A DNA stretch of 32,000 nt, taken from positions 4,392,380-4,424,379 of the forward strand of contig NZ_CM001976.1 of the NCBI RefSeq assembly GCF_000406145.1, written 5' to 3'. The DNA comes from Dickeya dadantii NCPPB 898 (GTDB lineage Bacteria > Pseudomonadota > Gammaproteobacteria > Enterobacterales > Enterobacteriaceae). The notes beneath the pieces are model-generated. The model worked only from the letters and a program-made list of their open reading frames with translations. It made no database searches and was not told the origin of the DNA. The position numbers and the translations under genes are program-made. Within the stretch, counting starts at the first letter, position 1. Every line of letters begins with the position of its first letter. Below, piece after piece: positions 8,192-19,362 of the stretch.

Positions 8192-8950
8192 ATGAATATC
8201 ACCGCAGCCGAACTCGAAGCGGCTATCAGGGAAAATCGTGGGTTGGCGCTCAGCTACCAGCCTATTCTAAATGTTGGCACTCGACGAATCGACAGCGCTG
8301 AGGCGCTGCTGCGCTGGCGTCATCACGAGCAGGGGCTCGTCTCTCCGGTGCTGATCATTCCACTGGCCGAACAGGCCGGGCTGATGAACAAACTGGGAGA
8401 CTGGGTACTCACCGAAGTCTGTCGACAGCACAGGGAAATCCCGAATTGCAGCCTTTCAATCAATGTTTCCCCTCAGCAGCTGGAGCAGGAAGGGTTTGCC
8501 GATAACATCGCCATGACGCTGGAGCACGCCCGTTGCAACGGTGGAAAAATTGAAATCGAAATCACCGAAAACCATCAACTGAATAATACCAACCACGTCA
8601 GAAAGAATATTCGCCAATTACGCGATCTGGGTATTACCGTCGCTCTGGATGATTTTGGATCAGGCTACGCAGACATTCATTATCTTTACCAGTATGAATT
8701 CGACAAGGTGAAAATGGATAGAAGCCTCATCGCCCAGCTCGGTAAAAACAAAAAGAACGATCTACTGGTTGAATCGTTAATCCGGGTTTTGCACAAGATG
8801 GATATTTCCGTTACGGCGGAAGGCGTGGAAAGCGAAGCGCAACTGCGCATGCTGGAAACATTGCAGTGCGATCGTATACAGGGCTTTATCATTTCCAACC
8901 CCATCGAGGCCAGTCGGTTGACAACATTTATACAGGCTTATCGCCGGTAA
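8192..8950 (+). CDS. Stand-alone EAL-domain c-di-GMP phosphodiesterase (all catalytic motifs intact)
   Basis: The start was chosen at ATG 8192 (AGGGAG at 8174-8179); the track start at 8120 overlaps the upstream gene. Motifs present: YQPI, EALLRW, SINVS, EIEITE, DDFGSGY, KMDRS, EGVES, QGF. Confidence 0.85.
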   Translation: MNITAAELEAAIRENRGLALSYQPILNVGTRRIDSAEALLRWRHHEQGLVSPVLIIPLAEQAGLMNKLGDWVLTEVCRQHREIPNCSLSINVSPQQLEQEGFADNIAMTLEHARCNGGKIEIEITENHQLNNTNHVRKNIRQLRDLGITVALDDFGSGYADIHYLYQYEFDKVKMDRSLIAQLGKNKKNDLLVESLIRVLHKMDISVTAEGVESEAQLRMLETLQCDRIQGFIISNPIEASRLTTFIQAYRR

Positions 8951-9086
8951 TATAACCGCGCCTAATAATTCCAGTTTCAGCGAAACGGCGACTGGAAATA
9001 TGGCGGGAATAAAAGCGGAAACCACGCTCTGAAAATACCGCATGACTTTAATTTTATCGCACCACTTTTATCGCACCGGGGAAAAT

Positions 9087-9395
9087 ATGTATATACCAGC
9101 AGAGGCGACACTCAGAGACGTCATCGATTCATTGCTTAGCGAGTTGACTATCATCAACTATCTTTGTTTGGCCGCCAGCATGAACCAGTATGTGCGTAAG
9201 CAGAACATACGGACGCTAAACTCGCAGGAATTCCGTTTCCTGACCACCCGGCTGAAACGTATAAAAATCGACGTAAACCAACTGTCTGAGCTGAATGATG
9301 ACGACAAGGCGCATCTGCGCAAAGCATGTCATGACATTATCCAGTTCATCGAAGACCGCCAGCCAGAGCGTTCTTCCACCGCCGTTACCGGTTAA
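9087..9395 (+). CDS. Hypothetical small protein (~102 aa), predicted helical, no family recognised
   Basis: The ORF track lists 9042-9395. The internal ATG at 9087 has a better SD (GGGGA, 5-nt spacing). The product has no TM segment, no signal peptide and no motif I recognise. It sits at the right edge of the insertion, convergent with glpE. Confidence 0.45.
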   Translation: MYIPAEATLRDVIDSLLSELTIINYLCLAASMNQYVRKQNIRTLNSQEFRFLTTRLKRIKIDVNQLSELNDDDKAHLRKACHDIIQFIEDRQPERSSTAVTG

Positions 9396-9444
9396 TGGCG
9401 GCACGCTAACCAACAACGAAGGCGCGCGCCGTACCGGTTCACCG

Positions 9445-9765
9445 TCATCCCGCCGCGACATCCTGCGGAAAACGTGTTTGCCAGGCGTCGAAACCGCCAT
9501 CCACGCTGTATACGGCTTCAAAACCAAGGCTTAACAGGTAATTCGCCGCGTTGCGGCTGCTGATGCCGTGATAGCACATCACCATCACCGGCTGCTCAAA
9601 ATCGGCGCCGCGTACAAAATCCGCCAGGGTTTCGTTGGTCAGATGGGTCGAGCCGGGCACATGTGCGGCGCCGAAGCTCTGCGGATCGCGAATATCCACC
9701 AGCACATTGCCTTGCTGCCAGCGCTGATACGCCTGTTCAATATCGATTGCCTCGAACTGCTCCAT
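9445..9765 (-). CDS. glpE: Thiosulfate sulfurtransferase (rhodanese) GlpE
   Basis: [17 protein letters not shown]...[13 protein letters not shown]...[30 protein letters not shown] matches E. coli GlpE, including the active-site CYHG.SS loop. The start was trimmed from the track ORF (9846) to the MEQF methionine by homology. Confidence 0.9.
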   Translation of the reverse strand: MEQFEAIDIEQAYQRWQQGNVLVDIRDPQSFGAAHVPGSTHLTNETLADFVRGADFEQPVMVMCYHGISSRNAANYLLSLGFEAVYSVDGGFDAWQTRFPQDVAAG

Positions 9766-10020
9766 TGCCTGCCTCATGTTTCTTAATGAATGGTGGTTAT
9801 TATCGAATGGTGTGCCTTGCACTGCATTGCGCGCATTGTAACCCACTCACCGCGCCGATAGACCGGATAAACCACAGGGATATAGGGGATTACAGGCCAA
9901 ACATCACCGGGAAAACCCCGTTCCAGCCGTACCAAAGCGGTTATCTTTAAGTAAATCAGGCGCGAAACTGTTAGCTGCATCACGCGTAAATGTTTTTAAT
10001 TGGTTAACGCTTGGCTAACA

Positions 10021-10150
10021 TGTTTGTTTTCGATTAATATCGTGAGCGAAAACGAACATTATGGCTTTTGGCGAAAGTGTTGCTTTTGGCAAACAAAAAT
10101 GTGGCTTTGGGCAAAATTGTCGCTTTTAACGAATATGACTGCTTTTGACG
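10021..10150 (+). promoter_or_regulatory. glpD control region: GlpR-type operator TGAGCGAAAACGAACAT plus five ~20-bp periodic GCTTT(T/G)G repeats
   Basis: TGAGCGAAAACGAACAT occupies 10043-10059. GCTTTTG-type cores start at 10064, 10082, 10104, 10122 and 10141, spaced 18-22 bp. Several lie within short dyads such as TTTTG-N5-CAAAA. The array runs up to the glpD SD (GGAGGA, 10155-10160). E. coli glpD is known to carry tandem GlpR operators. Confidence 0.6.
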
Positions 10151-10166
10151 TGGCGGAGGAGAAAAC

Positions 10167-11666
10167 GTGGAAACCAAAGATCTGATCGTGATCGGCGGAG
10201 GCATTAACGGTACCGGCATAGCGGCGGATGCCGCCGGGCGCGGACTGTCCGTTCTGTTGCTGGAAGCGCAGGATTTGGCCTGCGCCACCTCTTCCGCCAG
10301 CTCAAAACTGATTCATGGCGGCCTGCGCTACCTGGAACACTATGAGTTCCGGCTGGTGGGGGAAGCGCTGTCCGAACGCGAAGTACTGCTGAAAATGGCG
10401 CCGCACATCATTTTTCCGATGCGTTTTCGCCTGCCGCACCAGCCGCATCTGCGTCCGGCCTGGATGATTCGCGCCGGTTTGTTCATGTACGACCATCTGG
10501 GCAAACGCGTCAGCCTGCCGCCCAGCCACGGGCTGCGATTCGGCCGCGAATCGGTGCTGAAACCAGAACTGACGCGCGGTTTCGAATATTCCGACTGCTG
10601 GGTGGACGATGCCCGCCTGGTGGTGCTGAACGCGCAGGAAGTGGTGCGCCGCGGCGGCGAGGTGAAAACGCGCATGACCGTCACCCGCGCCCGCCGCGAA
10701 AACGGCCTGTGGGTGGTGGAAGCCGAAGATGCCCTGAGCGGCGAGACCCATCGCTGGCAGGCGAAAGGGCTGGTCAACGCCACCGGCCCGTGGGTACGCC
10801 AGTTCTTTGACGACAGTCTGGCGCTGCCGTCGCCGTACGGCATCCGGCTGATCAAAGGCAGCCATATCGTGGTTCCGCGCGTGCATCAGGAAGAGCAGGC
10901 CTACATTCTGCAGAATAAAGACCACCGCATCGTGTTTGTGATTCCGTGGCAGGATGAGTTTTCCATCATCGGCACCACCGATGTGGAGTACCACGGCGAT
11001 CCGCATCAGGTGAAGATTGACGACAACGAAATTCGTTATCTGCTGGACGTATACAACGATCACTTCAAAAAACAGCTGACGCGCGACGACATTGTCTGGA
11101 CCTACTCAGGCGTGCGCCCGCTGTGCGACGACGAATCGGATTCGCCGCAGGCCATCACCCGCGATTATACGCTGTCGGTGGCGGATGAAAGCGGTAAAGC
11201 GCCGCTGCTGTCGGTGTTCGGCGGCAAGCTGACCACCTACCGGAAACTGGCGGAACACGCCATGGATAAGCTGGCGAAGTACTACCCGCAAGCGGGCCAG
11301 GCCTGGACCAACCGCGCCATCCTGCCCGGCGGCGATATCAGCGGCAGCCGCGAAGATTACGCCGCAACCTTGCGCCGCCGCTACAACCTGCCGGAAGCGC
11401 TGGCGCGTCGCTACAGCCGCACTTACGGCACCCAGAGCGAGAAAATACTCGGTAACGCGCAGGCGCTGAGCGATCTGGGTGAACATTTCGGCCATAACCT
11501 GTACGAAGCCGAGTTACGTTATCTGGTAGAACATGAGTGGGTTGTCACGCTGGCAGACGCTATCTGGCGCCGCACCAAGCTCGGCATGTGGCTGGACGAC
11601 GCCCAGCAGCAGCGTATTAGTGAATGGCTGGCGGACTACCGCAGCCAGTTAGCCAAGGCCGGTTAA
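10167..11666 (+). CDS. glpD: Aerobic (FAD-dependent) sn-glycerol-3-phosphate dehydrogenase
   Basis: The 499-aa ORF starts at a GTG. METKDLIVIGGGINGTGIAADAAGRGLSVLLLEAQDLACATSSASSKLIHGGLRYLEHYEFRLV is nearly identical to the E. coli GlpD N-terminus, and the proteins are colinear throughout. Confidence 0.96.
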   Translation: METKDLIVIGGGINGTGIAADAAGRGLSVLLLEAQDLACATSSASSKLIHGGLRYLEHYEFRLVGEALSEREVLLKMAPHIIFPMRFRLPHQPHLRPAWMIRAGLFMYDHLGKRVSLPPSHGLRFGRESVLKPELTRGFEYSDCWVDDARLVVLNAQEVVRRGGEVKTRMTVTRARRENGLWVVEAEDALSGETHRWQAKGLVNATGPWVRQFFDDSLALPSPYGIRLIKGSHIVVPRVHQEEQAYILQNKDHRIVFVIPWQDEFSIIGTTDVEYHGDPHQVKIDDNEIRYLLDVYNDHFKKQLTRDDIVWTYSGVRPLCDDESDSPQAITRDYTLSVADESGKAPLLSVFGGKLTTYRKLAEHAMDKLAKYYPQAGQAWTNRAILPGGDISGSREDYAATLRRRYNLPEALARRYSRTYGTQSEKILGNAQALSDLGEHFGHNLYEAELRYLVEHEWVVTLADAIWRRTKLGMWLDDAQQQRISEWLADYRSQLAKAG

Positions 11667-11696
11667 TACTCAAAGTTGGTTAATAGGCTTCCGTGA

Positions 11697-11738
11697 GGCT
11701 TCCGTAGCTAGGAAGCCGCAGCTACGATGTCGTTTTTT
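11697..11738 (+). terminator. Probable glpD terminator: GGCTTCC/GGAAGCC (or CGTAGC/GCTACG) hairpin followed by a T6 run
   Basis: A tandem AGGCTTCCGT(G/A) duplication lies at 11685-11706. The hairpin is followed by the T-run at 11733-11738. Confidence 0.5.
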
Positions 11739-11870
11739 CACTAGCGATTCATGTCAGAACAGTGAAAAATTTCGTGCTTGATAACATCGGTTATTCCTTT
11801 GCAGCATCATCGCACGCACGACAAGGAGAGGCTCAAACGCCGCCTCTCCTTGACCACTGGCTGAAGGCTA

Positions 11871-12007
11871 AACTGCGCCGCTGCCGCGGTCCCTTCGGCG
11901 TTCGCCTTCGTTATTCGGGCCGCCCGTGACGCGTTCCAGACGCGGCACGGGCTTTCGCCGCGTCCATGCGGCTCACCCGACGAAGTCGCCCACCTCAGCG
12001 CAGTTTT
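11871..12007. repeat. 137-nt GC-rich multi-stem imperfect palindrome in the glpD-glgP intergenic region (unclassified structured element)
   Basis: The closing 9-bp stem is AAACTGCGC (11871-11879) / GCGCAGTTT (11999-12007). Second-tier stems are GGCG/CGCC and CTTCGT/ACGAAG. The apical hairpin pairs 11 of 12 bp, GCCCGTGACGCG (11923-11934) / CGCGGCACGGGC (11942-11953), around the loop TTCCAGA. A side hairpin is GCCGC/GCGGC (11958-11973). Confidence 0.5.
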
Positions 12008-12108
12008 GACGCCAGAAAGCCCTGTCGTGTTGAACCGATTAGCCCCCGGTCTGATGGCCCTGTAAGGGAAGCATTTCACGATATTCCCCCATTACACAGT
12101 CAGCTCAA

Positions 12109-14556
12109 CTACAACCGTATCGGCTTGATATGCCAGATATCGTCGGCGTATTCCTGAATGGTGCGATCGGCGGAGAAATAACCCATGTTGGCGATGTTGT
12201 GCAAAGTACGGCGCGTCCATTCGTCCTCGTCGCGGTACACGTCGTCCACCTTGTCATGGCTATCCACATAACTGCGGTAATCCGCCAGCAACTGGTAGTG
12301 ATCGCCAAAGTTGACCAGCGAGTCGAACAGATCGGCATAACGGCGCGGATCGTCCGGGCTGAACACGCCGGTGGCGATCTGCGTCAACACCCGATGCAAC
12401 TCCTCGTCCTGATTGTAAAATTCACGCGGGTTGTAACCGTTGCGCCGCAGCTCTTCCACCTGCTCCGTGGTGTTGCCGAAAATGAAGATATTCTCTTCCC
12501 CCACCCGTTCGCGCATTTCGACGTTGGCGCCGTCCAGCGTGCCGATGGTCAGCGCGCCGTTCAGGGCAAACTTCATGTTGCTGGTACCGGAAGCCTCGGT
12601 GCCCGCCAGCGAAATCTGTTCCGACAGGTCGGCCGCCGGAATGATGATTTGCGCCAGGCTGACGCCGTAGTTGGGGATGAAAACGATCTTCAGTTTGTCT
12701 TTCACCTCCGGATCGTTGTTCACCACGCTGGCCACATCGTTGATCAGGTGAATGATGTGCTTGGCCATGTAGTAAGCGGATGCCGCCTTGCCGGCAAAGA
12801 TGGCGACGCGCGGCACGCGATCCAGCTCCGGGTCATCCTTGATACGGTTATAAAGCGTAATCAGGTGCAGCACGTTGAGCAGTTGGCGTTTGTACTCGTG
12901 GATACGCTTGATCTGTACATCAAACAGCGCGTTGGGGTCGACCACAATGTCCAGATGCTGCGCGATGTAGATAGCCAGCCGCTTTTTGTTTTCCTGTTTA
13001 GCCTTGCGCACTTTCTGCAGGAAGACCGGAAAATCAATGTGCGGCTTCAGATCCGCCAGTTGGCTCAGATCGGTACGCCAGGTTTTGCCGATGGTGTCAT
13101 CCAGCACTTTCGACAGCGACGGGTTCGCCAGCGCCAGCCAACGCCGCGGCGTCACGCCGTTGGTTTTGTTGCAGAAACGGTCCGGGTAAATGCGGGCGAA
13201 ATCAGCAAACAGCGACTGTACCATCAGGTCGGTATGCAACTGGGACACCCCGTTCACCCGATGACTGCAGATCACCGCCAGCCACGCCATGCGCACTTTG
13301 CGCCCGTGATCTTCATCAATGATGGATACCCGTTTGAGCAGGTCGTGCTCATTGGGAAAACGCTCCTGCACCTCTTCCAGGAAGCGATCGTTGATTTCGA
13401 AGATCAGTTGCAGATGGCGCGGTAGAATTTTGCCCATCATGTCAACCGGCCAGGTTTCCAGCGCCTCACCCATCAGGGTGTGGTTGGTGTAGGAGAACAC
13501 CTTGGTGACCACTCCCCAGGCGGCGTCCCACTTGAACTTATGCTCGTCGATCAACAGGCGCATCAGTTCCGGAATCGCCAGCACCGGGTGGGTATCGTTG
13601 AGGTGGATAGCGAATTTTTCCGCCAGATTGGCGTAGGTTTTGTGCATCATCCAATGGCGGCTGAGGATATCCTGCACCGTAGCGGACACCAGAAAGTATT
13701 CCTGACGCAAACGCAGCTCACGGCCGGAATAGGTGGAGTCATCGGGATACAGCACGCGCGACACGTTCTCGGAGTGGTTTTTGTCTTCCACCGCCGCGAA
13801 ATAGTCGCCCTGATTAAATTTACCGAGGTTGATTTCGTTACTGGCCTGCGCCGCCCACAGCCGCAGGGTGTTGGTGGCATCGGTATCAAAGCCGGGGATG
13901 ATTTGATCGTAGGCGCAGGCAATGATCTCCTCGGTTTCCAGCCAGCGGGTTTTACTGCCTTCCTGCTGAATACGGCCGCCAAAACGCACTTTGTAGCGGG
14001 TGCTGTGGCGGACGAATTCCCACGGATTACCGTATTCCAGCCAGTAATCCGGCGACTCCGCCTGCCTGCCGTCGACGATGTTCTGCCGGAACATCCCGTA
14101 CTCGTAACGGATGCCATAACCGCGCCCCGGTAGCGCCATGGTGGCGAGCGAGTCGAGGAAGCAGGCCGCCAGCCGTCCAAGGCCGCCGTTGCCCAACGCC
14201 GGGTCGTCCTCTTCTTCCAGCAGTTCGTTCAGATCGAGGCCCATCGCTTCCAGCGCGTCCCTCAGATCGTCAAACATGCCCATCGCCAGCAGCGCGTTGG
14301 ACAGCGTGCGTCCCAGCAAGAATTCCATCGACAGGTAGTAAACCTGCCGGACATCCTGCGATAACTGCGCGCGGTTAGAGCGCAGCCAGCGCTCGACCAT
14401 GCGATCCCGCACGGCCAGCACCGCGGCATTCAACCAGTCATGTTTACTGGCGATGCTGGGATCCTTGCCGACGGTAAACATCAGCTTGTAAGCGATGGAG
14501 TGTTTCAGCGCGTCTACGCTAAGCGTAGGTGAGTTGTAGATAAATGGAGAGTTCAT
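12109..14556 (-). CDS. glgP: Glycogen phosphorylase
   Basis: The 815-aa ORF has GT35 motifs ([16 protein letters not shown], the [13 protein letters not shown]-lysine region) and is colinear with E. coli GlgP. It is the last gene of the glgBXCAP cluster. Confidence 0.96.
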   Translation of the reverse strand: MNSPFIYNSPTLSVDALKHSIAYKLMFTVGKDPSIASKHDWLNAAVLAVRDRMVERWLRSNRAQLSQDVRQVYYLSMEFLLGRTLSNALLAMGMFDDLRDALEAMGLDLNELLEEEDDPALGNGGLGRLAACFLDSLATMALPGRGYGIRYEYGMFRQNIVDGRQAESPDYWLEYGNPWEFVRHSTRYKVRFGGRIQQEGSKTRWLETEEIIACAYDQIIPGFDTDATNTLRLWAAQASNEINLGKFNQGDYFAAVEDKNHSENVSRVLYPDDSTYSGRELRLRQEYFLVSATVQDILSRHWMMHKTYANLAEKFAIHLNDTHPVLAIPELMRLLIDEHKFKWDAAWGVVTKVFSYTNHTLMGEALETWPVDMMGKILPRHLQLIFEINDRFLEEVQERFPNEHDLLKRVSIIDEDHGRKVRMAWLAVICSHRVNGVSQLHTDLMVQSLFADFARIYPDRFCNKTNGVTPRRWLALANPSLSKVLDDTIGKTWRTDLSQLADLKPHIDFPVFLQKVRKAKQENKKRLAIYIAQHLDIVVDPNALFDVQIKRIHEYKRQLLNVLHLITLYNRIKDDPELDRVPRVAIFAGKAASAYYMAKHIIHLINDVASVVNNDPEVKDKLKIVFIPNYGVSLAQIIIPAADLSEQISLAGTEASGTSNMKFALNGALTIGTLDGANVEMRERVGEENIFIFGNTTEQVEELRRNGYNPREFYNQDEELHRVLTQIATGVFSPDDPRRYADLFDSLVNFGDHYQLLADYRSYVDSHDKVDDVYRDEDEWTRRTLHNIANMGYFSADRTIQEYADDIWHIKPIRL

Positions 14557-14578
14557 ATGTCATTCCCACTGATGCGTA

Positions 14579-16012
14579 CTACCACAGACGTTGATAAAGC
14601 GCACGATAGGCCTGGGCAGCAACCTGCCAACTAAAATCCATTGCCATTGCCTGACGCTGTACATAACGCCAGAGCGAAGGGCGCGACCACAACACAAAGA
14701 CCCGACGAATCGCCCGAGACAGCGACGCTGTATTGCAATCGCTGAACACAAAACCGCTCGCCAGGCCATCAGCCAGATTTTCCAGCGAGCAATCTGCCAC
14801 TGTATCCGCCAGCCCGCCGGTGCGCCTGACCAGCGGTAACGTGCCGTATTTCAGGCCGTACAGCTGGGTCAAACCGCAGGGTTCGAACCGACTAGGAACC
14901 ATAATCACATCCGCGCCGCCAATAATGCGGTGCGAGAACGCTTCGTGATAACCGATCTGCACGCCGACGCGGCCGTGATACTCCGCCGCCGCCGCCAGAA
15001 AGCCTTCCTGCAGGGTGGCGTCGCCAGCTCCCAGCACCACCAGTTGCCCGCCCTGCTCCAGCAAATCCGGCACCGCCTGCAACGCGATATCCAGCCCCTT
15101 CTGGCTGGTAAGACGGCTGACGATGGCGAACACCGGCACCCGGTCATCCACCTTCAGCCCCATCGCCGTTTGCAGATGCCGTTTGTTATCCGCCTTGCGC
15201 GCCAGCTCATCGCGGCTGTAGGTAGCGGTCAGCAGCGAATCGTGCGCCGGGTTCCAGATATCGTCATCCACGCCGTTGAGGATGCCGGACAGACGACCGG
15301 CGTCTTCCCGCGACTTCAGCAACCCCTCCAGGCCGTAGCCGTATTCAGGCTGGGTGATCTCATGCGCATAAGTCGGGCTGACGGTGGTGATGTGATCCGC
15401 ATAGTACAGCCCGGCCTTGAGGTACGAGATCTGGCCGTAGAACTCCAACCCGTACATGCTGAAGTACTCCGGCGGCAACCGCAGCTCCGATATGTGACGG
15501 GCATCAAATAATCCCTGATAAGCCAGATTATGGACGGTAAATACCGATTTTGCCGGTCGGCCTTTCGCCGCCAGGTAAGCGCAGGCCAACCCGGCGTGCC
15601 AATCGTGAGCGTGCACGATGTCCGGCCGCCAGAACGGATCGACGCCGCTGGCCATTTCCGCCCCCATCCAGCCCAGCAGAGCGAAGCGCAAAAAATTATC
15701 CGAATAAGCAAACAATGAGGTGTCGTGATACGGGCTGCCCGCCCGTTCATACAGGTGAGGGACATCGATCAGATAGATGCCCACGCCGTTGTAATGACCA
15801 TAACGCAGCGTGACGCGACCGCCAAACGTATCCAGTTCCCGCACCACTTGCGCATCCGGGATGCCTTTTTTCAGGTCGGGGAACGCCGGCAGCAGCACCC
15901 GCACATCCATTCCCGCGGCGATCTGCGCGCCGGGCAATGCCCCCACCACATCCGCCAGTCCCCCGGTTTTCAGCAGGGGGAACAGCTCTGAACACACATG
16001 TAATACCCGCAT
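14579..16012 (-). CDS. glgA: Glycogen synthase (ADP-glucose transglucosylase)
   Basis: The 477-aa ORF begins [27 protein letters not shown], which carries the KTGGL motif, and matches GlgA. Confidence 0.96.
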   Translation of the reverse strand: MRVLHVCSELFPLLKTGGLADVVGALPGAQIAAGMDVRVLLPAFPDLKKGIPDAQVVRELDTFGGRVTLRYGHYNGVGIYLIDVPHLYERAGSPYHDTSLFAYSDNFLRFALLGWMGAEMASGVDPFWRPDIVHAHDWHAGLACAYLAAKGRPAKSVFTVHNLAYQGLFDARHISELRLPPEYFSMYGLEFYGQISYLKAGLYYADHITTVSPTYAHEITQPEYGYGLEGLLKSREDAGRLSGILNGVDDDIWNPAHDSLLTATYSRDELARKADNKRHLQTAMGLKVDDRVPVFAIVSRLTSQKGLDIALQAVPDLLEQGGQLVVLGAGDATLQEGFLAAAAEYHGRVGVQIGYHEAFSHRIIGGADVIMVPSRFEPCGLTQLYGLKYGTLPLVRRTGGLADTVADCSLENLADGLASGFVFSDCNTASLSRAIRRVFVLWSRPSLWRYVQRQAMAMDFSWQVAAQAYRALYQRLW

Positions 16013-16088
16013 CTTGTCTCCCGTTCAGCCGCCTCGCCTCAGGCGCGGCGACATCAATCCCCCGGCCGCTCTCGACCGGGCATCGCGG

Positions 16089-17375
16089 CTAAGGTTTGAG
16101 TTTGGCCAGCATGGCGCGCGTCACCAGCACGATGCCTTCTTCGGAACGATAAAAGCGGCGGCTATCGTCCTCGGCGTTCTCGCCGATCACCATGCCTTCC
16201 GGAATCTCGCAGGCGCGATCGACAATGCAGCGATGCAGACGGCATGAGCGCCCTACGTTGACATCCGGCAACAGTACCGACGAATCGATGCTGCAAAAGG
16301 AGTTGATGCGCACCCGCGGGAACAGCACCGAGTGCGTCACCACCGAGCCGGAGACAATGCTCCCGCCGGATACCAGCGAGTTCATGGTCAGCCCGTGGCT
16401 GCCGGAGCGGTCCTGCACGAATTTGGCGGGCGGTAACGCCGCCATCGCCGAACGAATCGGCCAGTTATGGTCGTACATGTCCAGCTCCGGCATCACCGAC
16501 GCCAGGTCGAGATTGGCGCGCCAGTAAGCCTCCAGCGTTCCCACATCCCGCCAGTAAGGCGGCGCGTTGTCCGAAGAGGTGACACAGGAGAGCGTAAAGG
16601 GGTGCGCCCAGGCATGCCCCTGCGCCACGATTTTCGGGATCAGATCTTTGCCGAAATCGTGGCTGGAGTCCGAAGTGCACACGTCTTCTTCCAGCCGCCG
16701 ATAGAGATAGTCGGCGTTGAACACGTAGATCCCCATGCTGGCCAGCGCCATGTCCGGGTTATCCGGCATCGGCGTCGGCTTGGCCGGTTTTTCATCGAAA
16801 CTGATAATCCGGTTGTCTTTATCCACGCTCATCACGCCAAACGCGTGCGCTTCCTTGATGGGAACCGGGATACAGGCCACCGAGCACTCGGCGCCGTTCT
16901 CCACGTGGTCCAGCAACATGCGGGAATAATCCATCTTGTAGATGTGGTCGCCGGCCAGAATCACCACGTACTCCGCCCGATAGCGCCGGATAATATCCAG
17001 GTTGTGGCACACGGCGTCGGCGGTGCCGCGATACCAGTGATCGTTTTCATCGTGCCGTTGCTGCGCCGGCAGTAAATCGACGAATTCGTTCATTTCGGTA
17101 TTCAGGAACGACCAGCCGCGCTGGATGTGCTGTACCAGCGTGTGCGACTGATACTGGGTGATGACGCCAATCCGCCGGATGCCGGAGTTCAGGCAGTTGG
17201 AAAGGGCAAAATCGATAATCCGGTACTTACCGCCAAAATGTACGGCCGGCTTGGCGCGGTATGCGGTCAAATCTTTCAGTCGGGTGCCACGCCCGCCCGC
17301 CAGAATCAGCGCGACGGACTTCAGGGGCAATTGTCTGGCCAGCATCAGAGGATCGTGTTTGTCAGTACTCACCAT
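16089..17375 (-). CDS. glgC: Glucose-1-phosphate adenylyltransferase
   Basis: The 428-aa ORF contains [47 protein letters not shown], nearly identical to E. coli GlgC. SD AAGGAG lies upstream. Confidence 0.96.
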   Translation of the reverse strand: MVSTDKHDPLMLARQLPLKSVALILAGGRGTRLKDLTAYRAKPAVHFGGKYRIIDFALSNCLNSGIRRIGVITQYQSHTLVQHIQRGWSFLNTEMNEFVDLLPAQQRHDENDHWYRGTADAVCHNLDIIRRYRAEYVVILAGDHIYKMDYSRMLLDHVENGAECSVACIPVPIKEAHAFGVMSVDKDNRIISFDEKPAKPTPMPDNPDMALASMGIYVFNADYLYRRLEEDVCTSDSSHDFGKDLIPKIVAQGHAWAHPFTLSCVTSSDNAPPYWRDVGTLEAYWRANLDLASVMPELDMYDHNWPIRSAMAALPPAKFVQDRSGSHGLTMNSLVSGGSIVSGSVVTHSVLFPRVRINSFCSIDSSVLLPDVNVGRSCRLHRCIVDRACEIPEGMVIGENAEDDSRRFYRSEEGIVLVTRAMLAKLKP

Positions 17376-17388
17376 GTCAGGCTCCTTA

Positions 17389-19358
<1,970 letters not shown>

Positions 19359-19362
<4 letters not shown>

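Noticed and set aside
9766-9846. N-terminal extension of glpE (133-aa track ORF)
   Set aside because: E. coli GlpE starts at the equivalent of MEQF (108 aa). The extension has no homology and would run into the glpE-glpD control region.
10064-10150. Regularly spaced ~20-bp repeats considered as a possible mini-CRISPR or tandem-repeat array
   Set aside because: The units are too short and degenerate, have no spacer/repeat structure, and sit exactly at the glpD promoter. They are better explained as tandem GlpR operators.
11807-12079. 90-aa minus-strand ORF in the glpD-glgP intergenic region
   Set aside because: It coincides with the GC-rich palindromic element, has no SD, and has an Arg/Ala/Ser-rich composition. 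The region is better explained as structured non-coding DNA or RNA.
12130-13425. 431-aa ORF on the + strand inside glgP
   Set aside because: It is antisense to a confidently identified, full-length glgP. Its composition is rich in Arg, His, Val and Gln, as expected from a mirror-frame open stretch in GC-rich coding DNA. It has no SD or motifs.
16013-16088. GC-rich hairpins in the glgC-glgA spacer considered as an attenuator or ncRNA
   Set aside because: The stems are short and imperfect, and the 76-nt gap fits an ordinary intra-operon spacer with the glgA SD (GGGAGA). There is not enough evidence to call a feature.
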